DNA of 64,000 bases from Candidatus Thorarchaeota archaeon (GCA_048882045.1 JBHLRZ010000004.1:46373-110372), one strand, 5' to 3'. Numbered from the stretch's first letter, positions 20,901 to 30,265 are shown. Made by a program: numbers and translations. The notes: generated by a model from the letters alone, not told the origin.

Positions 20901-22013
20901 GCTCCTGTCTGGACTCGATTGAGTCCTTTGGATATCTCTCTTCAACTACAAGAATCAGATACTAATGATTCAATAACCGGAGCAATCGTAACTTTTTGGC
21001 TCATGAAGTCAGGTGGAATCGTGATGGAGGGTAACTTGACTGAGAGCTCACCTGGAGTCTACACTGTTTCATTTCTGCCACAATGGATCGAAGATGCTGG
21101 ATACTCGATTCGTATCCTCGCGGAAAAGGACAATTTCGGCCTAGATGATGTTTACCAATACCAAGTTCTTCAATATACTCCTCCAGAGATTCTTTGGCAA
21201 ATTATGGTGGCTGTATATGGTCCTCCAATTGTGGTCGTTGCAGTTGTTGGTGTGGTTTCTTTGTCCGGACGTGTAGTCTACAAGCGAAGGAAAAGAAAAG
21301 AGTTTGCCACATTCATAGAAAACCAGCGTCGCTTCAATGATACTGACAATATTATTGGTGTTATTGTCATGCACAAGAAGAGTGGAATCCCAATCTACTC
21401 TCGAATAGTGAAAGGAGGATTTGAGGAGGGAATAGTTGCTGCTTTCATATCCGCGGTCACTACTTTCCGAGATGAGTTCGAGATGCTAGATGAGGAATCC
21501 ATGAGAGTCATCCCCATTTCAGACATCATACGCGCAGTCCAGACTCCCAACCTCATCTGTGCATTCATTACAGTCCGCTCCGCATCCATGGAGCATAACA
21601 GGAAAATTGAAGCCTTTTCCAAAGAAACCAGTAAATATCTAGATGACTTCTACATGGAGTCCAAACCACCTTCAACATTGGATCCAAGAATTGCAGAGAT
21701 AATCAATTATCTGTTTGATGAAACGATGGATGGTGTACTCCTCAAGTATCACAAGCTAGGTGGCAAAAGAATACCAAAACGGTATGAGCCCATTGAGCAA
21801 GTCCTGAATGATGAAGAATACCATCATTGTGCAAGACCAGTCAATCTCGCAAGAGCTCTATCAAAATATGGTGTTCCTGAGGCACGCGGATGTACTCTCG
21901 TGAGTGAGGCTATTGAGAAAGAACTCATAGTCCTCTGTGATGAGGAAGAATTCCCAGAGTCTGATTTTGACCTGCAGTCATTTCTTAATAAAAGCGCGAA
22001 GTCTGAAGAGTAG
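17949..22013 (+). CDS. Large type I membrane protein, paralog 2; likely start TTG 17982
   Basis: Same conserved blocks as neighbours (LYVVNGSF, DWEN, LGWW, WTNGTE, SGIPIYSR); SD GAGGT 17970-17974. Confidence 0.87.
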   Translation: MWLLLRLEVKDLKRSGCLFVAVILFLVCTINAPFDSRGGTLSEQSEYESVSALEKNGSNILSNDHQLSGTLNPVVIEQRGNRTNPVLHAETDSKTNVKTNLSIDIANNWVGSRASVELWNLERLYVVNGSFSEGLEGTNSNPSGSVPFHPFGWDAISGSPDPNMEMTADYVLQEVYVGIIGERDGTIHKYTNGSYAYWIQTVNNTPYLEDFILNFDYSYERGPVDNPNVTLRVYIDDNLVWTTTSVGLIDNEWYNTGDVAINLNGIGGQFNFKIGLYIDGNTTHDKRDIQFIVDNVKFVGETPPSFDEAVMTLNISLDSAVITGTSFGVANITNDPPWQTENVLVEISSELGYSFDYRAILLSHRYINSSRTTTLLEDGVHFTSLRNENPLLEFYTFVGVLPDLDDFTLIISTPTDWENATVYNAYGTPVTASCIVKQGSITIPNSLLSTLGWWEVHMYSPNYLHTLQTLKLNELSSTWVPDSVFRTANITKPMVTIGDESPTSSTLENVNITWLTPDGEPWFSELMSGGSSGIINGSQLEFGPLNATAGSWSVYVTWTNGTELAYGSISFEVHHGTALLPHEETIETESGLIISNFVYFRDSENNEFITDPTASVTANWSASIIAFVPDPIQNRWVGTFDTSLVGPGTHLVVVNASRPFFDDISCTFNVTINFADNELTIDNPSGTIGIDDTYLATFTYSDAIGVGIPGANVSIDFTGPAGGITWSKPNDLGSGDYSMEFTAVHSGQYVITITANKSNYEPSGDALFIIVRERTTFLNLENGSSAIISYGGQYRLVVQYTNGTGHGLDGANVIVHSTNPETEIGYTNSTNEGNGYYSFTLTPQDIGTWTIVIKASLQDYQDNVTSFTLTATAIATQLRIVGTSSPSSVGVEHSFDLLVFYETFESSPANISMADIRLNFTSFGRLDYSTSRISLGSDGYLITINASRIGSYEFTIYMNKTGYQSDFESFTLFVVARGMKVIMDAPVWTRLSPLDISLQLQESDTNDSITGAIVTFWLMKSGGIVMEGNLTESSPGVYTVSFLPQWIEDAGYSIRILAEKDNFGLDDVYQYQVLQYTPPEILWQIMVAVYGPPIVVVAVVGVVSLSGRVVYKRRKRKEFATFIENQRRFNDTDNIIGVIVMHKKSGIPIYSRIVKGGFEEGIVAAFISAVTTFRDEFEMLDEESMRVIPISDIIRAVQTPNLICAFITVRSASMEHNRKIEAFSKETSKYLDDFYMESKPPSTLDPRIAEIINYLFDETMDGVLLKYHKLGGKRIPKRYEPIEQVLNDEEYHHCARPVNLARALSKYGVPEARGCTLVSEAIEKELIVLCDEEEFPESDFDLQSFLNKSAKSEE

Positions 22014-22120
22014 GTTCTTGAAACCTTCATTGAAGACATCTTGAATTCAATACAACGCAAACATAATTAATAGAACATCAAGACTTAACTTAACTCAGTC
22101 TTCCGCTTGATGAGGCATAG

Positions 22121-25100
22121 GTGATGAGGGACATGAGAAAATTCCCATCTTCAATAATTCTACTCTTAATGCTATCCATTCCAATGATTTGGGTGCCTAC
22201 CGTACCTGTGGTTTCCACTATCAATTCAAATCGAGATACTAGTGCTACTTCATCACCTCTAGAATTAAATCAAAATGATCAGGACCCATATGAACTACAA
22301 TCAGCTCCCGTGGATAACCTCCACATTCTCTCTGATGCTGCTCCAGCAGATGGAATTCTCGATCCGCTACAGGTCGAACAATCTGGGTATGTTGCATCAG
22401 ATAACATCTCGGCACGAACGGATAGCTACCAGAATCTAGATTATGCCCTACCACTTGATGTGGGTCATAGTTGGATTGGAGATGTTGCCGAGGTTTCTTT
22501 ATGGAACCTTGAGAAACTCTATGTCGTCAACGGAAGCTTTAACCTTGGCACTCCTGGCACAAATGTCAATCCTACCGGTTCTGTGACCTATCACCCGTTG
22601 GGGTGGGATTCGAACAGCACAGATACTGCGACATACGATGATGATCTTCAACTTTCGGCATACGATAATACCGGTCGACAATATGTCATGGTTGAAAGCC
22701 AAGGGGGAAAGGTGGGTCAGAATGAACATGGACATGTTGCAGGAACCAGAATTGTATGGACTCAGACTGTTCAGAATGCTCCCTATACTGAAGATTTCTT
22801 ACTCAATTTTGATTACTTCTATTTGAGAGGACCTCTAGACAACGGAGGGGCCCCAATAACCGGTAATTGTAGCCTAAAGATTTGGATAAATGGTGCTCCT
22901 GTGTGGAATATGAGTCTTCTAACTGTTGGTCAGAGGGGTGTATGGACTGATGTAGGAGTCATCCCAATCACTGTTACCGGTGCTCCAAGTTCTTTCCTCT
23001 TTGAGATTGGTCTTGAAATAGATCAGACTCTTGTTCTAGACAAGCGGGATGATTATGACAATAATGGCATTGATGATGGCATTGGCAACGCTGCCTACAT
23101 CACAGCGTTCTTAGATGACATCTCGTTCTTGAAGGCAACTCCTCCGACTCCCGACCAAGTGGAACTCCAGTTCACAACTGGAGGATTGACAGCAGATCTA
23201 ACTGGGTCATCGGGTTCATACAGCGCATCAATTACCAATTCGTCTTATTGGGATGCTACTCCTGTTCTTGTATCTCTGACTTCCAATACGAGTGTGTCCT
23301 TTGATTATAAAACTCGCCTCTATGCTCACAGATTTACGGACTCAAATTGGAGGACTGAGGTTTCAAGTCCTGGTGTTGCTTACATTGTTGATCACGGTGT
23401 CAGCTCCGATCTGATAATGTACACATATGTTGGATATCTCGGTGACTATGAAGATTCCGAGATGATGATTGTCTTCCCTGATGACTGGGAGAATCTCACT
23501 ATCTCTGATCCATTCCTGACAGACTTGACCAGTTCATGTACTGTTGGAACTGGTTATCTTATTGTTCCTACTTCAATCATTGATAGTCCCGGATGGTGGC
23601 AAGTCAAACTCAAATCTCCCAACTACGCAAAGACACTCAAGACTCAGGTTCTTGATGGCTCTTGGACTGATGAGATGATATTCCGAATCGACGACTCGAT
23701 CCGAGCTGATATTACTATTGGCACTGACACTCAGACTCTTGGTTTGCTAACCAATGTCAACATAACTTGGTTCAAACCATCTGATACCATCTGGGTTTCT
23801 GAAGTTCTTCCTCCCGGAGGGACCTCGGGACAAATCTATAGCACACCTCGAGTCTTGACATCTGGTTCTTCCCCAGCTGGAGCTTGGTGGGTTGAGGTGT
23901 ACTGGACTAATGGGACAGAGGTGGCATATGATCGGGTCGGTTTCGATGTAGACCACACCTCGAATCTAGTGGGTGATCCTACCGAAATCAGTACTAATGC
24001 TGGCCTGACCATTAAAGGACTAGTTCGTTATACTGATGGGGATACAAATGACCCCATACTGGACGCTTCTGCTACTGTGGAAGGAAACTGGTCTGGAAGT
24101 GTTGTTACCTTTGTGCCAAATCCTGTTCAAAACTGGTGGGAGGCGGATTTCGATACTACCATCGTTGGAGCTGGGGACTTTGTCATAGTAGTGAATGCTT
24201 CGCGGCCTTACTATGATGATGTCAGCTGTCAAATAACTGTTCACTCGATCAATGTGACAAGACTATCATCACCAAATGCACCATGGGCTGCTGCTGAATG
24301 GGGAAGTCTTGTTTCATTAACCTTCAATTATGAGTCATATCATTATGCATCCTCCTCATGGGGGCCAGTGAACAACAATTCCGATGTTTCGGTTAATGTC
24401 AACTGGACAGCTGGATATTGGTCAGTAACAGAAGACATCGTTCCTGGCATCTACAAAATTGACCTTAACACAAACATTGTTGCAGCTGGTACATGGCTGC
24501 TCAATGTTTCATTCAGCAAGCCATATCACGAATCCAAGACTATCTTACTCACTTTGATTCTGTCCCCGATGACTAGTTCACTAACAGTCTTGGGTAATCT
24601 GTCTGAAAGAGTAGATATTGAGGAATCAACTTCTGTAAAAGTTCAGTATAGCTTCAGCAATGGAACTCCAATATCTGGTGCGAACGTTATAGTAGGCGAT
24701 GTATCGCCTGCGAGTGGTTTGAGTCTGACCGTTGTAACTGAGGTTGGAGGCGAACCTGGCAACTATTCTGTGATCCTAACCCCGTATGCCGCTACTGTTT
24801 ACACAATACGATTTGTGGCGACTGGTGATTACTCTGAACCAGCAAGCACGGTCTTTGTCTTGGTTGTAAATGATGTCGAAACTGCTCTATCGATTTATGG
24901 GGATTCGAGCGTGGAGATAGGACTCTCTGAGACTTACAATACGACGTTCCGGTACAACATGATCAACGGTACCGGTGTTGCAAGTGCAGCCATCGACATC
25001 GTTTACTCAGGACCCGTTGGAATGCTCAGATGGAACCTTAGTGATTCTGGATTTGGTAACTATAGTATACAGTTGGAAGCATCGCTCCCCGGAACATATC

Positions 25101-27490
25101 TGATTACGATAGCTGCTTTCAAACAATACCACCAGAGTTCATCGAATTCATTTTTCCTAACGATTAGAAACATTCCGACAAATCTGACTCTACCTGAGGT
25201 AAGCGTTGAAATCGGACTTACTGACTCATATGATATGCTCGTTACTTACGAAATGCTAAATGGAACGGGTATTGAGGGAGCTGTAATAGATGTCATTGCC
25301 CCAGCTTCTGTAAACTCATTAGTCACTCCATTAGGACTGGGTAGCTATAAAATTGAGTTCGGCTCAACAATGTCTGGATCTTTCCTCGTGACAATAGCAG
25401 CATCAAAACAATACCATCAAAGTAGTTCTGAAACCTTTTTCCTCATCGTCCGTGAGATTTCAACTAACATCACCTCCCTCAATGGTACATCTGGTCAAGT
25501 CGGATTTGGAAAAAGCTTTGATTTCTTACTAGAATACACGAACTCCTCCGGGTTTGGTCTGGATGGGGCAAATGTGAGCGTTTTCAGTGTCATCCCTGAA
25601 ATTGGACTGACTTGGGACACGGCCATTCCTCACGGATCTGGTGTCTATTCAATCTTGTTCACGCCAATAGAAGCCAATACATACAATATTGTCATTAATG
25701 CATCATATGACAATCATCGAACCCAATTCCTCTCGTTCGTTCTGATAACCACTCCAATAGCCACGACCCTGAGTCTTCTCAATACTAGTGCTTCAATCTC
25801 CTTTGACCAGGACTTTACAGTTTACATGTTGTACCAGGATGAGGATAACAACCATTTGGAAAACTCGACAATCACAGTACAGGAGATATCAGGTGTTGAG
25901 GTAGCTCCGTTTGAAGAACTAGGTGCTGGGCTATACAGGGTCACAATCAATCCTATAGATCTTGGAATTTTCGATGTGATATTCAAGGCAAGCAAGCCTG
26001 GATACCAGAACGATTCTGTGAGCTTCACTCTTGGCTCTACTAGAATTCCTACAAGTCTAAGAATTGCTAGTGGACTTTCGTCAGATTCAGTGAGATTTTC
26101 AGAAGACTATCAGTTCACTCTATTCTACGAGCGAACTGACACTGATGTGAATGTTTCTTCAGCAACCATTGATGTCCAAGGCGTTCCAAATAGCGGCTTT
26201 TCTTGGTCATATGAAGAATCTGGTGATGGGTATATTGTTACAATCACTCCTGAATATGTGAATACATGGAGATTTACTATTTCAGCACAGCTTGCAGGTT
26301 ATGCAAGTAGAGAACTTGATTTCATCCTCACAGCAGAACCAATTCAGATTCACGCTGAGATGTTGTCAAATCTGTTTGCTGTTGAGGGTGAGAGCTTCAA
26401 TATCAGAGTTAATCTAACTGAAGAGGGAACCAACACTCCCGTCACAGGGGCTCTCGTATACTTTAGACTTACACCTGCTGGAATAACGGGTGCAGGAGAT
26501 CTTCACGAGATGGTGGAAACGGCGACACCTGGAATATATTCAGCATTCTACAGTATTCCACTCTATCTTGACACCACTCAATACACATTGGAAATAAAGG
26601 TCAACAAAGACAACTATGAGCTTCCTGGAGAGTACTTTGTCCAGTCCTTTGCGAAGTACAACGACCTGGTGGTTAGGGTAACCCCATTCATATCAGTTGG
26701 TGCTGTTTCTCTTATTGGACTTGTCAGTCTAGTGACTGCTATGCGTTTTAGGTCAAAGAGACGAAAAGCTCAGATGGATATTGATCTGGCAAACAAACGT
26801 CGTTTTGATGATGCTGACAACATCATCGGCGTGATTGTCATGCACAAGACTAGTGGTATACCAATCTACTCCCGAATAGTCAAGGGAGGATTTGAAGAGG
26901 GGATAGTTGCAGCTTTCATCTCTGCAGTGACATCTTTCCGAGAAGAGTTTGATGCGATTGAGGTCGAGTCAATGACCGTAATCCCGATTTCTGACATTAT
27001 CCGTGCAGTCCAGACACGAAATCTGATCTGCGCATTCATTACGCTTCAATCTGCTTCTATTGAACACAACAGAAAGATGGAATCTTTCGGACAACAGGTC
27101 TCAACCTATCTTGATGACTTCTACACCGAGGCCAGACCTCATTCAATGGTCGATCCTCGAATAGGGGAGGTTTTAGACTATGTCTTTGATGAAACAATGG
27201 ACGGAAAATTGATCAAGTTCTACAAGGCAGCAGACGATGCATCATTCCCACGACGACTTCGGTTACTTGAGCAACTTCTTGTAGATATCGATACACGTCA
27301 TTGCGCCAGACCAGTTCGACTGGCAAAAGGTGTGGCTACATACGGTGTTCCAGAGTCACATGGTTGTACACTCGTACTTGATGCGATAGAAAAGCGTCTC
27401 ATCGAGCCATGTGCCGACGATGATCCCACGGTGGAGGATATAGATTTCAAAGACTTCTTCAGACACAAGAATAGTGAAAGCGCCGAATAG
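22121..27490 (+). CDS. Large type I membrane protein, paralog 3, with about 7 Ig-like stalk repeats; likely start ATG 22133
   Basis: Same head and tail blocks; ~95-aa repeats with NGTG(I/V/L)xGA and GxGxY...GxYxIxIxAxK pattern. Confidence 0.87.
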   Translation: MMRDMRKFPSSIILLLMLSIPMIWVPTVPVVSTINSNRDTSATSSPLELNQNDQDPYELQSAPVDNLHILSDAAPADGILDPLQVEQSGYVASDNISARTDSYQNLDYALPLDVGHSWIGDVAEVSLWNLEKLYVVNGSFNLGTPGTNVNPTGSVTYHPLGWDSNSTDTATYDDDLQLSAYDNTGRQYVMVESQGGKVGQNEHGHVAGTRIVWTQTVQNAPYTEDFLLNFDYFYLRGPLDNGGAPITGNCSLKIWINGAPVWNMSLLTVGQRGVWTDVGVIPITVTGAPSSFLFEIGLEIDQTLVLDKRDDYDNNGIDDGIGNAAYITAFLDDISFLKATPPTPDQVELQFTTGGLTADLTGSSGSYSASITNSSYWDATPVLVSLTSNTSVSFDYKTRLYAHRFTDSNWRTEVSSPGVAYIVDHGVSSDLIMYTYVGYLGDYEDSEMMIVFPDDWENLTISDPFLTDLTSSCTVGTGYLIVPTSIIDSPGWWQVKLKSPNYAKTLKTQVLDGSWTDEMIFRIDDSIRADITIGTDTQTLGLLTNVNITWFKPSDTIWVSEVLPPGGTSGQIYSTPRVLTSGSSPAGAWWVEVYWTNGTEVAYDRVGFDVDHTSNLVGDPTEISTNAGLTIKGLVRYTDGDTNDPILDASATVEGNWSGSVVTFVPNPVQNWWEADFDTTIVGAGDFVIVVNASRPYYDDVSCQITVHSINVTRLSSPNAPWAAAEWGSLVSLTFNYESYHYASSSWGPVNNNSDVSVNVNWTAGYWSVTEDIVPGIYKIDLNTNIVAAGTWLLNVSFSKPYHESKTILLTLILSPMTSSLTVLGNLSERVDIEESTSVKVQYSFSNGTPISGANVIVGDVSPASGLSLTVVTEVGGEPGNYSVILTPYAATVYTIRFVATGDYSEPASTVFVLVVNDVETALSIYGDSSVEIGLSETYNTTFRYNMINGTGVASAAIDIVYSGPVGMLRWNLSDSGFGNYSIQLEASLPGTYLITIAAFKQYHQSSSNSFFLTIRNIPTNLTLPEVSVEIGLTDSYDMLVTYEMLNGTGIEGAVIDVIAPASVNSLVTPLGLGSYKIEFGSTMSGSFLVTIAASKQYHQSSSETFFLIVREISTNITSLNGTSGQVGFGKSFDFLLEYTNSSGFGLDGANVSVFSVIPEIGLTWDTAIPHGSGVYSILFTPIEANTYNIVINASYDNHRTQFLSFVLITTPIATTLSLLNTSASISFDQDFTVYMLYQDEDNNHLENSTITVQEISGVEVAPFEELGAGLYRVTINPIDLGIFDVIFKASKPGYQNDSVSFTLGSTRIPTSLRIASGLSSDSVRFSEDYQFTLFYERTDTDVNVSSATIDVQGVPNSGFSWSYEESGDGYIVTITPEYVNTWRFTISAQLAGYASRELDFILTAEPIQIHAEMLSNLFAVEGESFNIRVNLTEEGTNTPVTGALVYFRLTPAGITGAGDLHEMVETATPGIYSAFYSIPLYLDTTQYTLEIKVNKDNYELPGEYFVQSFAKYNDLVVRVTPFISVGAVSLIGLVSLVTAMRFRSKRRKAQMDIDLANKRRFDDADNIIGVIVMHKTSGIPIYSRIVKGGFEEGIVAAFISAVTSFREEFDAIEVESMTVIPISDIIRAVQTRNLICAFITLQSASIEHNRKMESFGQQVSTYLDDFYTEARPHSMVDPRIGEVLDYVFDETMDGKLIKFYKAADDASFPRRLRLLEQLLVDIDTRHCARPVRLAKGVATYGVPESHGCTLVLDAIEKRLIEPCADDDPTVEDIDFKDFFRHKNSESAE

Positions 27491-27565
27491 CTCTGATTCA
27501 GTGAATTTGTCATAGGTGCATTCTTATCGGAGTCAACATGACGATATTCCAGGAGAGCAATATTC

Positions 27566-28249
27566 ATGAGTCCGGGATTTCTGAGTGACAGACGAGCAGT
27601 TATCGCAATCATCATCGGTGCGATTTTGGCACTTGTGGCTTACTTCGTCATCAAGCCAATCGACACCACGATTTCGTATGTTGTCTTTGGCGTTGCGGCC
27701 CTGCTCTTCGTATATGCATGCATAATGGATGTGGCCGACGAGTTCGAAACACCTGAAAAACCAAAGCCGAAACCAAGGGCTGTTCCTGAACCCGAGTCCG
27801 AAGAAGAGGAACATGCTGAAGAATATGTTCCTGCTGTTGAGGCCCCTGCAGCTAAACTCTCCAAACTTCCCATTGAAACAATCGAGGGGATTGGAGAGAT
27901 CTATGGAAAAGAGTTGAAGGCTGCAGGCATTGCTACGGTCGCTGACCTCATGGTTGCAGATGTAGACAAGGTGGCTGAAGTTACAGACGTTAACAAGGCA
28001 CAGGCTGAGAGATGGATAGCGATGAGTCGCTTCGCATGGCTCGATGAGGTTTCTGAGGAAGACGCAGAAGCAATCGTATTTGCTACTGGGATCTCAGACC
28101 TGAAGTCGCTTGCTGGAGCATCTGCGGATGATATCTACGAAAAGATTCAGACCGCTCTTGACGAGGGTGACGTCCGTGTCCCTGCTGGCTATAAGTTCAG
28201 CAAACATCAAATTCAGACCTGGATCGATGCCGCAAAGAGATTGACCTAG
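27566..28249 (+). CDS. Membrane-anchored helix-hairpin-helix protein (DUF4332-like)
   Basis: Two N-terminal TMs, Pro/Glu linker, IETIEGIGEIYGKELKAAGIATVADL HhH and a second degenerate repeat. Confidence 0.78.
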   Translation: MSPGFLSDRRAVIAIIIGAILALVAYFVIKPIDTTISYVVFGVAALLFVYACIMDVADEFETPEKPKPKPRAVPEPESEEEEHAEEYVPAVEAPAAKLSKLPIETIEGIGEIYGKELKAAGIATVADLMVADVDKVAEVTDVNKAQAERWIAMSRFAWLDEVSEEDAEAIVFATGISDLKSLAGASADDIYEKIQTALDEGDVRVPAGYKFSKHQIQTWIDAAKRLT

Positions 28250-28264
28250 ATTCTGAAGTATTAA

Positions 28265-28287
28265 CCCGGTGATGCCATGTCGCCGGG
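28265..28287. terminator. Hairpin between convergent genes
   Basis: CCCGGTGAT-gccat-GTCGCCGGG with G-U pairs. Confidence 0.5.
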
Positions 28288-28288
28288 C

Positions 28289-29497
28289 CTATGCTCTTTT
28301 TGACAACATTCTTTGTCTGTACAGGAATCCTATAGCTGCAACTAGGACCACGACTGCAATGCTTATGATGGGAATAAAGGGCTCATCATTTGGTTCTGGA
28401 CCTTCGAATATCGAGTTCAGGACATATTCCAGTATCTCTTCGTTGATGTCTTCCTCCATGTTGTCAAAGCTAGCCGTCATTGACATCACAATACTGTAAT
28501 CAGGGACAACATGGATGTATTGTCCTTCAGAACCCATGGCACTGAATACGCCTTGCTCAGAGTCAACCCACCATTGGTATCCATACTCGGGTGCCAATAG
28601 ATCTGCATTGACATAGGGAGTTGAAGACTGCGTCACATACTCCTCCGTCATGATCTCCCTCCCATTCCATGTGCCATTATTCAGATAGAGGAGTCCCAGC
28701 TTTGTCATTGCTCGAGGAGTTACATAGAGCAGAGTTCCTCCATTGTTGATCCCTTGATTGTCCGTCGCCCATCCCCCAATGGTCATGTTCAACGGGTCGA
28801 ATAGGTAGTCCTGTGCGAATGCACGAGTTGTCATCCCAGTCGCTTCCTGGATGATTGCAGAGAGCATGTGTGATGCTCCAGTTGTATACACCCAGTGTGT
28901 TCCAGGATCGTATGCTGTGGGTAGGTCCAGAAAGAACTGGACTGGATCACCTGATTGTAGAAACATCCGGTTGTACATGTTCTCTGGGTCTGAGTATGAG
29001 TTGTTCCACTCATTCCAGTCCAGACCATGCGTCATTGTCAGGAGGTGCTCGAGCGTAATGGCTTCCTTGCGGGCATCCATATTGTCAATGGTCCTGTTCG
29101 GGAAGAAGTCGATCATCCTCTGACTCACATTGTCGATGAATCCCTCCTTGATTGCTATCCCAATCAATGCTCCTGTGAAACTCTTGGTGCAGGAGAAGAT
29201 ATGTCGAGTAGTGTTCTCTGTGTTATAGTTCCAGTACGCCTCCTTCACTATGTATCCGTTCCTTGTGATGACGAGGCCTCGTACGTTTGACCCTGAATCC
29301 TCTATGAACTGCATCATCTGAGTCAGTGTATAGTTGCTCATGTTCTGTTCTTCAGGATCAGTGGCTATCCATGCCTCATCAGGAAAATAGGTGATGCCAT
29401 CTGACAAGACAAATGAGGAGTATCCATTGTTGACTGTCACTTGGGAGAGGATGAGTGCGACCACAAGCGCGATGACCTTCGACCTCAATCTAACCAC
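28289..29497 (-). CDS. Membrane-anchored serine hydrolase, beta-lactamase class C/NylB-like (start GTG 29497 or TTG 29488)
   Basis: SCTK (SxxK), LLTMTHGL, PGTHWVYTT, YGYQWW, AMGSEGQ; signal peptide and C-terminal TM with basic tail. Confidence 0.88.
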   Translation of the reverse strand: MVRLRSKVIALVVALILSQVTVNNGYSSFVLSDGITYFPDEAWIATDPEEQNMSNYTLTQMMQFIEDSGSNVRGLVITRNGYIVKEAYWNYNTENTTRHIFSCTKSFTGALIGIAIKEGFIDNVSQRMIDFFPNRTIDNMDARKEAITLEHLLTMTHGLDWNEWNNSYSDPENMYNRMFLQSGDPVQFFLDLPTAYDPGTHWVYTTGASHMLSAIIQEATGMTTRAFAQDYLFDPLNMTIGGWATDNQGINNGGTLLYVTPRAMTKLGLLYLNNGTWNGREIMTEEYVTQSSTPYVNADLLAPEYGYQWWVDSEQGVFSAMGSEGQYIHVVPDYSIVMSMTASFDNMEEDINEEILEYVLNSIFEGPEPNDEPFIPIISIAVVVLVAAIGFLYRQRMLSKRA

Positions 29498-29795
29498 ATT
29501 ACACTCCTTGGTCTGAGTTGCATATAAGAAAAATGAACAACGCCGTTTCCACACCCAGACACCCTCAGGCCTTCATTTCTTGTGGAACAGGAATTGTATG
29601 GTGTGTAACGGTGGGAGTTCCCAGCGTCTGGATTGAATACTTTGGGAGTATAGTCCACATCATCTCTATGTGATATCCCAGTAATACCAGAGAGCAGCTC
29701 CACATAACGCCAAGTATTATTAGGAAATCGTGATTATCCAAAGGAAGAAGAGGTGTGTTGTACCACACTATTCGAAACGAGCGGTGAAGCGAAAA

Positions 29796-29936
29796 ATGAC
29801 CGAGGAAAAACGACCAACATCCACCCTCCAAAAGAACGCGGAAGTCCTCCATACCCTGTATGGTCTGCTGGACAGTGACCGTGAGCCAACAGACCAGGAC
29901 GCGCAGAGTCTTCGTTACCTGTACGCAAGCTCCTGA
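29796..29936 (+). CDS. Small protein, 46 aa (MTEEKRPTSTLQKNAEVLHTLYGLLDSDREPTDQDAQSLRYLYASS)
   Basis: GGTGA SD at 29783-29787; protein-like composition. Confidence 0.6.
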   Translation: MTEEKRPTSTLQKNAEVLHTLYGLLDSDREPTDQDAQSLRYLYASS

Positions 29937-30104
29937 CTTCCTTTACGATCCTCATTTTCCAATGAGGTCAATTCGCTGTCTCCGTGTGCACCTCCCGGCA
30001 TCATTGAGACACGGTGGGGTCGCAAGCTCCCCTAGGCTTGCACCCCACAACACCTTATGTTGGTGGTGAACACTCCTCTTCCCTTCCCATCCGTGGCGAA
30101 CAAA

Positions 30105-30221
30105 ATGGCTACTACTGAAAAGACAAAGTTGGCTCATTCAAAAGGCACAACCTCTATTCTCCGTAAACATCGACTCAAAGCAGACCGCACGTTACGACGA
30201 CGTCTCAAGACGAGGAAGTAG
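30105..30221 (+). CDS. Small basic protein, 38 aa (MATTEKTKLAHSKGTTSILRKHRLKADRTLRRRLKTRK), not in ORF track
   Basis: ATG context (GCGAACAAAATG) resembles that of 29796; 14 K/R versus 2 acidic residues. Confidence 0.5.
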   Translation: MATTEKTKLAHSKGTTSILRKHRLKADRTLRRRLKTRK

Positions 30222-30265
30222 TTTTGGTTAGTTCTCTTTATCGACACGCTTCAGCATTAGTGAAT

